A stretch of DNA of 64,000 bases from Minisyncoccota bacterium. GTDB lineage: Bacteria > Patescibacteriota > Minisyncoccia > Phycocordibacterales > CALRHW01. The notes beneath the pieces are model-generated. The model was given only the letters and a program-made list of their open reading frames with translations, ran no database searches and was not told where the DNA came from. The translations under genes were made by a program, and so were the position numbers. This document shows, piece by piece, positions 19,350-27,871 of this stretch (position 1 is the stretch's first letter; each line of letters begins with the position of its first letter). The stretch lies in NCBI GenBank assembly GCA_046350795.1, contig JAXLZT010000001.1, positions 80,468-144,467 of the forward strand, given 5' to 3'.

Positions 19350-19775
19350 TTAAGCCATTTCTCGGGCTATCACCTTTGATTTAAGTGGTAGCTTTGTACC
19401 CGCCTTTCGCAAAGCCTCGCGAGCTGTAGCCTCATCTACTCCGTCTACTTCAAAGACCACTCGTCCTGGCTTTACAGGTACCTGATATCCCTGAGGATCT
19501 CCCTTTCCTTTTCCAAGCTTTACTTCAGCTGGCTTTGATGTAAATGGCATGTCTGGGAAAACGCGAATCCAGATACGGCCGTTTTTACCGAGAGCTTTTG
19601 AAAGCGCCTTTCGAGCAGCTTCTAGCTGATTTGAACGCACTCGCTCATATGTAAGAGCCTTTAGTCCAAAAGATCCAAAAGAGATTTTTGTACCACGAGT
19701 AGCCACGCCGATTTTTTTCGGGTTTTCACGGAAGGTATGCCACTTTCGATATTTTACTTTTTTAGGGACTAACAT
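19350..19775 (-). CDS. rplP: 50S ribosomal protein L16
   Basis: MLVPKKVKYRK, IWIRVFPD, GKGKG. Confidence 0.98.
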   Translation of the reverse strand: MLVPKKVKYRKWHTFRENPKKIGVATRGTKISFGSFGLKALTYERVRSNQLEAARKALSKALGKNGRIWIRVFPDMPFTSKPAEVKLGKGKGDPQGYQVPVKPGRVVFEVDGVDEATAREALRKAGTKLPLKSKVIAREMA

Positions 19776-19789
19776 GGTGTTTATTTAAA

Positions 19790-20461
19790 TTATGCTTTCT
19801 TTATATCCTTTGCGAAAATATCGCCTTTGTAAATCCAAGTCTTGATACCTATTTTTCCGTAAGGCAAATAAGCTTCGTATTTACAAAAATCTACATCAGC
19901 ACGCAAAGTCTGTAGAGGGATGCGTCCTTTTTTAAGCTTTTCTGTACGTGACATTTCAGCTCCACCTAGACGACCTGATAGCTCTATTTTTACTCCAAGC
20001 ACCTCACGATTTGCCATGACTTTTTCTACCATTTGCTTCATGACTCGGCGGAAAGGCATTCTTTTTTCTAGACCCTCAGATACCATTTGAGCTACGATGA
20101 CAGCGTTTGATTCTGGGTATCGGATTTCTTTGATGTCTATTTTTAGATCTTCTTTTACTTCAAGACCTTTTTTAGCAAGCATTGAAAGAAGGTCAGCGCG
20201 TAGCTTTGTCATTCCCTCTCCATTTCGGCCGATGATAGCTCCCGGTCGTGAACTCTCGATAATGATGCGTAGAGTCTTTGAACCTCGCTCAATGTCTATG
20301 CCACTCACAAACATTCCTCGGAGTTTCTTTTCTAGATATTCTCGAATAGTAATATCACTCTTTAGAAATTTTTTGTATTGTGTTCCCACACCAAACCAGC
20401 GAGATTTCCAATCTTTTATTATTCCTAGTCTATGTGCATATGGATGGACTCTGTGTGACAT
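19790..20461 (-). CDS. rpsC: 30S ribosomal protein S3
   Basis: WKSRWF, KH-domain RPGAIIG, GRIPLQTLRADVD. Confidence 0.98.
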   Translation of the reverse strand: MSHRVHPYAHRLGIIKDWKSRWFGVGTQYKKFLKSDITIREYLEKKLRGMFVSGIDIERGSKTLRIIIESSRPGAIIGRNGEGMTKLRADLLSMLAKKGLEVKEDLKIDIKEIRYPESNAVIVAQMVSEGLEKRMPFRRVMKQMVEKVMANREVLGVKIELSGRLGGAEMSRTEKLKKGRIPLQTLRADVDFCKYEAYLPYGKIGIKTWIYKGDIFAKDIKKA

Positions 20462-20467
20462 ATTATT

Positions 20468-20866
20468 TTATTTTTTTACGGCCTTAGCCTTTACTGGCTT
20501 TGGTTTTGAAACTTTTTCTACTTTTTCTTTAGCCATTTTTTCTCCAAGTACCACTACTACCTTGCTAGTGCGCTTTCGCATAGGAAAAGCTCGGCCTCGT
20601 GCCATAGGTAGAGATCGGTAAAGAATAGCACCACCGTTTACTGTGACAGATTTTACTACTAGATTTTCTACATCTAGATTTAGGTTTTTTGCATTTGAAA
20701 GTGCAGATCGCAAAAGCTTTTCGATAGGAAGAGCTGCTTTTTTGTCTGCAAACTGAAGAGCAGATATGGCTTGCTCTACTTTTTTTCCTCTAACGAGGTC
20801 TGCTACGAGACGAACCTTTCTCGGAGATTGTCGGTAGTTATTGAGTTGTGCTGTAGCAGTGTTCAT
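20468..20866 (-). CDS. rplV: 50S ribosomal protein L22
   Basis: SPRKVRLVADLVRG, ARGRA. Confidence 0.97.
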   Translation of the reverse strand: MNTATAQLNNYRQSPRKVRLVADLVRGKKVEQAISALQFADKKAALPIEKLLRSALSNAKNLNLDVENLVVKSVTVNGGAILYRSLPMARGRAFPMRKRTSKVVVVLGEKMAKEKVEKVSKPKPVKAKAVKK

Positions 20867-20874
20867 ATATAAAT

Positions 20875-21228
20875 TTATTTCTTAGCGCCTGCGCCTGCAG
20901 TAGTAGCAGCCTTTGCTGATTGTGCAGCAGCAATCTCGCTTTCCTTCTTTTTAATTTCAAGGTCTTTCTGCATCTTTCCACCGTGCTTAATAAACTTTCG
21001 AGTAGGAGAAAATTCACCGAGTCTGTGACCTACCATGTCTTCTGTAACAAGCACTTCTATGTGCTCTCGGCCGTTGTGAACCCCAAACACGAAACCAACC
21101 ATTTCTGGCGCTATTTGACTATCACGAGCCCAAGTCTTTATAACCCCAGTTTCTAGGGGTTTTTTGCCCTCAATTTTTTTGAGAAGCTTTTCGTAGACGT
21201 ATGGACCTTTTTTAAGTGATCGTGTCAT
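20875..21228 (-). CDS. rpsS: 30S ribosomal protein S19
   Basis: [21 protein letters not shown]. Confidence 0.98.
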   Translation of the reverse strand: MTRSLKKGPYVYEKLLKKIEGKKPLETGVIKTWARDSQIAPEMVGFVFGVHNGREHIEVLVTEDMVGHRLGEFSPTRKFIKHGGKMQKDLEIKKKESEIAAAQSAKAATTAGAGAKK

Positions 21229-21285
21229 TTTTTAAATATTTTTTGACGGATATAAACAAAAACAGCACCAAGCTGCGTATGCACC

Positions 21286-21314
21286 ATAATAGCCAAAAGG
21301 GCTATAATAGTCAA
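21286..21314 (-). promoter_or_regulatory. Internal sigma70 promoter between rplB and rpsS
   Basis: TTGACT-17 nt-TATTAT in a 96-bp gap. Confidence 0.55.
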
Positions 21315-21324
21315 TCGCTAAACC

Positions 21325-22164
21325 TTATTTCTTCCCCACCTTTCGACGGCTAACAATAAGTCGATTTGAGTACTTCTTTGGAGTACGTGACTTTTGTCCC
21401 TTGCCTGTAGGCTTGCCCCAACGGCTCTTTGCACGTCGTGTACCTCGTCCTTGTCGTCCTTCTCCTCCACCGTATGGATGATCCACAGGGTTCATGGCTG
21501 TACCACGAACAGTAGGACGGATACCAAGCCATCGGCTTCGGCCAGCTTTTCCGATATTTACAAGGCGATTTTCATCATTTGATACTTCACCTACAGTAGC
21601 CCAAGCAGTCTCAGGCATCTTTCGCACTTCTGTAGAAGGCATCTTGATATCTACATATCCAGCGTCTTTTGCTACTACTTCTGCAAAACTTCCAGCAGAT
21701 CGAACGAGCTTTGCTCCACCCTTTGGCTTGATTTCAATATTGTATACAAATGTTCCTACAGTAATGTTGCGTAGTGAAAGACGATTACCCGGCTTGATGT
21801 CTGCCTTATCTGAGTTGATGAGAGTATCGCCTACTTTTACACCCTTTGGCAAAAGCACATATCGCTTTTCACCATCTTTGTAGAAAACAAGACCGATAAA
21901 ACCAGAACGATTTGGATCATACTCTACAGTCTTTACAGTGTAAGGAATGTCTATTTTTTCTAAAGTAAAATCAATCTCTCGATAAAGGCGCTTGTGTCCA
22001 CCTCCTTTGTGACGAGTAGTGATACGTCCGCGGTTGTTGCGTCCGACAGCTCGAGTAAAACCATGAGTTAAAGATTTCTCAGGAGTGCTAGTAGTAATGA
22101 CATTGCTGTATGCAATACCTGTCATTCCGCGACGTGATGGTGATGTTGGTTTATATCTTTTCAT
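21325..22164 (-). CDS. rplB: 50S ribosomal protein L2
   Basis: GRNNRGRIT, EYDPNRS, RGTAMNPVDHPYGGGEG. Confidence 0.98.
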   Translation of the reverse strand: MKRYKPTSPSRRGMTGIAYSNVITTSTPEKSLTHGFTRAVGRNNRGRITTRHKGGGHKRLYREIDFTLEKIDIPYTVKTVEYDPNRSGFIGLVFYKDGEKRYVLLPKGVKVGDTLINSDKADIKPGNRLSLRNITVGTFVYNIEIKPKGGAKLVRSAGSFAEVVAKDAGYVDIKMPSTEVRKMPETAWATVGEVSNDENRLVNIGKAGRSRWLGIRPTVRGTAMNPVDHPYGGGEGRQGRGTRRAKSRWGKPTGKGQKSRTPKKYSNRLIVSRRKVGKK

Positions 22165-22182
22165 GGTTTTATTTATGCAGGA

Positions 22183-22461
22183 TTAAATTATTTCAATCTT
22201 GTCTCCTGCCTTTAGATAAACATAGGCTTTTTTGATAGCCGCTTTTTTGCCGACTTTTCCTCGGACAAACACTTTCTTTGCTGGGGTCTTTGTGATGTTT
22301 ACAGATATTGGATGCACTTTGTAGTTTTCAAAAATAGCGTTTGCCACATCTGTTTTGTTTGCCTTTGCATCAATCTCAAAAACATATGCATTCTTTTCAT
22401 TTTGCACTGTAGCTTTTTCTGTAATTCTCGGTCGGAGAAGTGTTGTTGTAGAGTTTTTCAT
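22183..22461 (-). CDS. rplW: 50S ribosomal protein L23
   Basis: PRITEKA, KKAYVYL. Confidence 0.96.
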   Translation of the reverse strand: MKNSTTTLLRPRITEKATVQNEKNAYVFEIDAKANKTDVANAIFENYKVHPISVNITKTPAKKVFVRGKVGKKAAIKKAYVYLKAGDKIEII

Positions 22462-22462
22462 A

Positions 22463-23221
22463 TTATTTCTTTGCTACTGTTTTCTTTTTTGGCGCAGGCT
22501 TAGCCTTTGTCGCTTTAGCTACTTTTGGCTTTGACGGTGCCTTTTCTTTTACCTCTCCCACAACTTCTGTACGAGAAATAGCTCGTAGAGACGTCTCTGG
22601 ATCTACGATGACTACATATTTTGTATTTACGAGCTGCACTGGATTTATATTTCGTGCCTCACTCATTTCTATATTTGAAAAATTACGGAAACTTTTTTCT
22701 GTAGCAGAATCTTTTTTTGAAAGCGCGATAGTCGCTGCGTTGTTTTTCTTATTTGAAATTGCCTCAAAACCTTTGACAGTGGCAAAAGCATTTAGAACTG
22801 TTTTTGCTTCTGCTGTCTTTGGCGCATTAAATGAAAGTGAATCTATGAAAAGTACTTCGCCATCCTTAAACTTTCGAGAAAGTATAGTAAAGAGAGCCTT
22901 CGCCTTCATCTTTTTATTTATCTTTCGATCAAAGTTTTTGTCATTGCGAGGACCATGTGTGACTCCTCCACCCACCCATATAGGAGAACGTGTAGAACCA
23001 TGTCGAGCACGACCAGTACCTTTTTGCTGCCAAGGCTTTTTTCCTCCTCCACGTACATCACCTCGCATTTTTGTATGAGCTATAGGACTACGAGCACTAG
23101 AAGTCATAGAAGTAACAACCTGATGCACTAAATCAGAATTCCATTTTAAGCCAAAAACACTCTCTGGAAGTGTGATGCTTCCTGTCTCTTTGCCTTTTTG
23201 GTTGTATACTTTTGCTTCCAT
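22463..23221 (-). CDS. rplD: 50S ribosomal protein L4
   Basis: KPWQQKGTGRARHGS. Confidence 0.98.
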   Translation of the reverse strand: MEAKVYNQKGKETGSITLPESVFGLKWNSDLVHQVVTSMTSSARSPIAHTKMRGDVRGGGKKPWQQKGTGRARHGSTRSPIWVGGGVTHGPRNDKNFDRKINKKMKAKALFTILSRKFKDGEVLFIDSLSFNAPKTAEAKTVLNAFATVKGFEAISNKKNNAATIALSKKDSATEKSFRNFSNIEMSEARNINPVQLVNTKYVVIVDPETSLRAISRTEVVGEVKEKAPSKPKVAKATKAKPAPKKKTVAKK

Positions 23222-23239
23222 TTTAAATTTCTAAATTTA

Positions 23240-23860
23240 TTACATTCCAAACACCTCTACTACAGTGCCACGTCGTCCTGGAATAGATCCACTGATTAAA
23301 ATCTGATTGTTGGCTGTGTCTACATCTACAATCTTTAGATTTTTTGTAGTCATACGATCACCACCCATGCGTCCGGCCATGCGCATATTTTTTGGCACAC
23401 GTCCTCCGTTGCGCACTCCTCCAGAAATACTTCCAGGCTCTCGCTCTGAATGCTTTTGTCCGTGACTTCGTGGGCCTCCACCGAAACCATGTCGCTTGAC
23501 CACACCCTGGAAGCCTTTTCCTTTTGAAACAGAAGAAACAACAACAGCATCCCCCGCTACAAAAGCGCCTACATCTATCTTGTCACCCACCTTTATTGTG
23601 ATGTCACCGCTCTTTACCCGAAATTCTTTTGTATGAGCAAAATTGCCTAGATTTTTGAAATGTCCCTTTTGAGCTTTAGCAATGTTGCTTTCTTTTCGCT
23701 CTCCAAAACCTACCTGCACAGCCTTGTATCCATCCTTTCCACCATCTTTCACCTGAGTTACTACCACAGGTCCGGCATCAATAACAGTCACAGGAACAAC
23801 CTCGCCTTTGGCGTTGAAGATTTGTGACATATTTACCTTTTTTCCAAGAATGAATTTCAT
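23240..23860 (-). CDS. rplC: 50S ribosomal protein L3
   Basis: DGYKAVQ, SKGKGFQGVVKRH, MAGRMG. Confidence 0.98.
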   Translation of the reverse strand: MKFILGKKVNMSQIFNAKGEVVPVTVIDAGPVVVTQVKDGGKDGYKAVQVGFGERKESNIAKAQKGHFKNLGNFAHTKEFRVKSGDITIKVGDKIDVGAFVAGDAVVVSSVSKGKGFQGVVKRHGFGGGPRSHGQKHSEREPGSISGGVRNGGRVPKNMRMAGRMGGDRMTTKNLKIVDVDTANNQILISGSIPGRRGTVVEVFGM

Positions 23861-23938
23861 GCTAATACTGTTTGTTTTACAGAGTATATTAAGGCTCAAG
23901 GCAGGCTCTCACCCGCCTATTGAAGCCCCATACTACCC

Positions 23939-24298
23939 TTACATTATCTTTACGTCAATGTTTACACCCGATGGCAGACTCAAGTTGGTCAAAGATTCAA
24001 TAATCTTTGGACTTGGGTTTAAAATATCGATGAGTCTCTTGTGGATTCTCATTTCAAACTGTTCTCGTGCATTTTTGTACACGAACGCAGCTCTGTTTAC
24101 TGTGTACTTCTTTATCTCTGTTGGAAGAGGAATAGGACCAAGTACTTTTGCATCATATCTGATAGCAGTGTCGATGATTTGCTTTACAGAAATGTCTAGC
24201 ACTTTGTATTCATATGCTTGCACACGAATACGAAGCTTTTGAATGACATCTCCGTCTGCTTTCTTTGGCGATTTTTTTGTTGCTGTTGCTTTGGTCAT
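23939..24298 (-). CDS. rpsJ: 30S ribosomal protein S10
   Basis: GPIPLPT, REQFEMRIHKRLIDI. Confidence 0.98.
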   Translation of the reverse strand: MTKATATKKSPKKADGDVIQKLRIRVQAYEYKVLDISVKQIIDTAIRYDAKVLGPIPLPTEIKKYTVNRAAFVYKNAREQFEMRIHKRLIDILNPSPKIIESLTNLSLPSGVNIDVKIM

Positions 24299-24337
24299 AT
24301 TTTTAAAGTACTAGATTTTTGCGTGTGTTGCTTTTGA

Positions 24338-25537
24338 CTATGCAATGATCTTTGTAACAACTCCCGCACCCACTGTCTTGCCTCCTTCTCGAATAGCAAA
24401 GTTTTGTTTTTCCTCAAGAGCAACTGGCGCTACAAGCTTTACCTTGAAAGTCACTGTATCTCCAGGCATAACCATTTCTACTCCCTCTTTTAGAGTCACA
24501 TCTCCTGTAACGTCTGTTGTACGGATGTAAAATTGTGGCTTGTATCCTGAGAAGAATGGAGTATGTCGTCCACCTTCTTCTTTCTTTAGAATGTAAACTT
24601 CTGCTTCGAAATCAGTGTGAGGAGTCACAGATCCTGGCTTTGCTAGCACCTGTCCTCGAGAGATATCTTCTTTCTTTAGACCTCGCACTAGAATACCGGC
24701 GTTGTCTCCAGCCATACCTTCTGATAGAGATTTGTTGAACATTTCAATACCAGTCACCACTGTCTTTGCAGCAGCCTTTAGACCAATAACCTCAACTTCT
24801 TCACCTACCTTGATGCGTCCTCGCTCAATACGACCTGTAACCACTGTTCCACGGCCTTCGATAGAGAAGATGTCTTCTACTGGCATAAGGAAAGGTTTTT
24901 CTAGATCACGCTCTGGGATTGGTACATATGTATCAAGAGCGTTTGCGAGCTCAAGAATCTTTTGTGCCCATTCATCTGAGTTGTCCTTTGACTCAAGAGC
25001 CTTTAGACCAGAACCTCGAATAATAGGAGTATTTGCTCCATCGTAACCATTCTTTGTAAGGAGCTCTCGCACCTCTTCTTCCACAAGGTCAATAAGCTCT
25101 TTATCAGGCACCATATCACACTTGTTTAGGAACACGAGGATTTTTGGCACACCGATTTGATGAGCTAGGAGTACGTGCTCACGAGTTTGTGGCATCACAC
25201 CGTCAGTAGCAGCTACCACGATAATAGCGCCGTCCATTTGAGCAGCACCAGTAATCATGTTTTTGATGTAGTCGGCATGTCCAGGAGCATCAATATGAGC
25301 ATAATGACGAGTAGGAGTCTCGTATTCATTGTGAGAAAGGGCAATAGTAATTCCACGAGCCTTTTCTTCAGGCGCCTTATCAATACCGTCGATACCGACG
25401 ATCTTTGCACTATAGCCATTACCCTGTCGTCCAAGGACTGAAAGGATAGCCGCTGTCAAAGTTGTTTTACCATGATCCACGTGTCCGATTGTTCCTACGT
25501 TCACGTGTGGTTTTGATCGATCAAATTCTCCTGCCAT
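24338..25537 (-). CDS. tuf: Elongation factor Tu
   Basis: [26 protein letters not shown]. Confidence 0.99.
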   Translation of the reverse strand: MAGEFDRSKPHVNVGTIGHVDHGKTTLTAAILSVLGRQGNGYSAKIVGIDGIDKAPEEKARGITIALSHNEYETPTRHYAHIDAPGHADYIKNMITGAAQMDGAIIVVAATDGVMPQTREHVLLAHQIGVPKILVFLNKCDMVPDKELIDLVEEEVRELLTKNGYDGANTPIIRGSGLKALESKDNSDEWAQKILELANALDTYVPIPERDLEKPFLMPVEDIFSIEGRGTVVTGRIERGRIKVGEEVEVIGLKAAAKTVVTGIEMFNKSLSEGMAGDNAGILVRGLKKEDISRGQVLAKPGSVTPHTDFEAEVYILKKEEGGRHTPFFSGYKPQFYIRTTDVTGDVTLKEGVEMVMPGDTVTFKVKLVAPVALEEKQNFAIREGGKTVGAGVVTKIIA

Positions 25538-25651
25538 ATTTTTATAAAATTAATTTTTAATAAATAATTATTTTATGCCCTATTTTGCTAGTGTTTTTGT
25601 CGGATTTTTAAAAACCCAAAAACAAAAACGGCGCAAAAAGCGATAACGCTC

Positions 25652-25679
25652 ATATTAACAAACGCCTTGCAATAGTCAA
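25652..25679 (-). promoter_or_regulatory. Putative tuf promoter
   Basis: TTGACT...TGTTAATAT immediately after the stop codon of the inserted gene. Confidence 0.5.
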
Positions 25680-25680
25680 G

Positions 25681-26805
25681 TTATTTTTTACTACCGTCTG
25701 GATAGAAAAACTCTGGTATGGTTTTATGGAAATCTCGCTTTGATTCGTAAGTGAGGCATGCCCACAAAACAGGTCCTTTTTTATTTATACATGACTCAAT
25801 CATCTCCTTTACCTCCGGAAAATCATTACCATAATAATCAGTGTAAGGACTAATAGCTACGCGTTGTCCTTCAAAATCTAAAAAGTTGCCATGCTCATCT
25901 AAACCGCGCAAATACTGTGTGTATGGGTACGCTTTATATAATTTATCGCGTAGTGGCAAATGTGGTGGCACTTGGTCAAATGGCCCATCAAAATAATTGT
26001 TTGCCATGATACTGTAAGCATCAACCCCTATCAATATCTTCCTTCGTGTATCTTCATCGTTCCAATAAATAAATTTTGTCCTATCACCCAGCAAAAGATG
26101 CTCACCTAAATCAGTAAGTGTCTCTGTAATAGGATAATCTTCATTTACAACATAATAAAAACTCTTTGTCGTATTATTAAAAATTAAAAAAAATCTAATA
26201 GCGGACTCGTCTTGTATATTTGCCACAAACTCCTCATCTGGTAAGAGAGAAAAACTATTAGGTAAATTTGTGTCCTGTGATGGTAGATGGAAAAAGACCG
26301 TTTTGCCAGCATAAGATAACTTTACAAGTTTTTCAGAGATCATTTTTACATCTAAACCATCTTTTTGCGATAAAACAGTATACTGAAACTGTAGTGTATC
26401 CTCTGTATTAAAATATGCGAAAGACAATAAACCAGTCTCGATATCCGCAAACCTCAGATTACCAGCAAGTGATATTGATGGGATAGAAAAATAATAATAC
26501 CTTTCGGTTGGATATACGATAGCGTAATAAGGTAGTTTTTTCCAAACATAATCAAAAACATTCTTAGGATTAGACAAATCAAGCTCTTCAGAAAAGCTAC
26601 CGTTAAAAAAATTATTTAACCTAGCTGAATAATTTGATAGACCAAACAATAAGAAATCACTCTTTGAATAAGATTTAAAACTTCTAAATAGTTCTTCCTG
26701 AAATCGTTGATTGAACGAGATATTATTACTCTTAAATGGGACGTTGAAAGATAAAACAATAGTTAAAAAAATAACAACACCAAGCAATACTAGAGATTTT
26801 TTCAT
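25681..26805 (-). CDS. Uncharacterised membrane-anchored or exported protein, partner of the His/Ser/Trp repeat protein
   Basis: N-terminal hydrophobic anchor; motifs VYPTERYYYF, GNLRF, NNYFDGPFDQVP, RVAISPY; starts 17 bp after the repeat gene. Confidence 0.8.
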   Translation of the reverse strand: MKKSLVLLGVVIFLTIVLSFNVPFKSNNISFNQRFQEELFRSFKSYSKSDFLLFGLSNYSARLNNFFNGSFSEELDLSNPKNVFDYVWKKLPYYAIVYPTERYYYFSIPSISLAGNLRFADIETGLLSFAYFNTEDTLQFQYTVLSQKDGLDVKMISEKLVKLSYAGKTVFFHLPSQDTNLPNSFSLLPDEEFVANIQDESAIRFFLIFNNTTKSFYYVVNEDYPITETLTDLGEHLLLGDRTKFIYWNDEDTRRKILIGVDAYSIMANNYFDGPFDQVPPHLPLRDKLYKAYPYTQYLRGLDEHGNFLDFEGQRVAISPYTDYYGNDFPEVKEMIESCINKKGPVLWACLTYESKRDFHKTIPEFFYPDGSKK

Positions 26806-26822
26806 AATTTAAACTAAAGCCT

Positions 26823-27854
26823 CTATCTGCTTGTACTAGGAGTAACTATCCCTGAAGCCGGCTTGCCTCCCAAAGAAACATTGTATAAATGATCAATCGA
26901 CATAGACGAACTTATAGTAGCACTGTGGTTTGGTGGCCATGTTTGACTATGCTGAAAGCTATGTGTCGGTGGCCAAGACTGACTAGTATTAACGGCGTGC
27001 TGAGAATAATCAGAACTAGTAGTCTTATCATGATTTGGTGGCCAAGAAGGACTAGTCATTGGCATGTGGCTTGGTGGCCAAGTGAGACTTGTATCTGTTT
27101 TATGATTTGGTGGCCACGGTAGTGGTAAAGGAGGATATTGATACTGACTACTCCATGCAGTCTTATGATTTGGTGGCCAATCCTTACTGTAATAAAGATT
27201 ATGTCCAGCCGGCCAAGTAGCACTTAATGCTGTATTATGAGAAACCCACGTATTACTAGGATACGCCTGATGACCAGTAGGCCACAAACTACTCATAGCG
27301 AAAGAGTGATTTTTTGGCCAATTTTTACTTAGATCTACACTGTGATTATTCTCGGTCCATGTTTTACTAAAAGAATACTCATGATTTGGCAACCAAGTTT
27401 TACTTAGAGTATAAGAATGGTTGAAAGGCATTGGCCAACCTTTACTTATAGAAAAACCGTGATTAGCTGGCCAAGATGAGCTGTCGGCAAGAGAGTGGTT
27501 GTTTTGATTCCAAACCTTACTTACACTTAAATTGTGATTTGGTGGCCATGTCCAGCTTGTATTTACAGAATGATTGGTCCAAGTAGTACTCACCTGAGAA
27601 CCATGACCTGGTGGCCATGTTCTGCTTATTGATTGAGAATGTTCTGGTTGGATTGTGCCTTCTGCAGACAGAGTGGTTTGTGAAGAAGGGCCACTTTTTA
27701 CAATAGTCGTTCCAGCTGAGACAGAAGCTAAGCTTTCGTAATTATCAGAAGAAAAAAAGCCCTCACCATCATCTCTAAATAGAAAGAATATGTTCCAAAT
27801 TATAAATAATAATAAAACAACATCAATAACGTTTCTTGTTTTTTTACTAACCAT
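26823..27854 (-). CDS. Membrane-anchored H-x4-S-x2-W repeat protein
   Basis: N-terminal TM helix followed by 21 tandem repeats of mostly 11-14 aa. Confidence 0.85.
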   Translation of the reverse strand: MVSKKTRNVIDVVLLLFIIWNIFFLFRDDGEGFFSSDNYESLASVSAGTTIVKSGPSSQTTLSAEGTIQPEHSQSISRTWPPGHGSQVSTTWTNHSVNTSWTWPPNHNLSVSKVWNQNNHSLADSSSWPANHGFSISKGWPMPFNHSYTLSKTWLPNHEYSFSKTWTENNHSVDLSKNWPKNHSFAMSSLWPTGHQAYPSNTWVSHNTALSATWPAGHNLYYSKDWPPNHKTAWSSQYQYPPLPLPWPPNHKTDTSLTWPPSHMPMTSPSWPPNHDKTTSSDYSQHAVNTSQSWPPTHSFQHSQTWPPNHSATISSSMSIDHLYNVSLGGKPASGIVTPSTSR

Positions 27855-27871
27855 ATGCCCTAAGTATAGGA

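Noticed and set aside
26823-27854. Multiheme c-type cytochrome or CRISPR-like array interpretation of the repeat gene
   Set aside because: There is no Cys, so no CxxCH. The recurring DNA words (TGGCCA, TGATT) are codons of the protein repeat and are not constant repeats with spacers.
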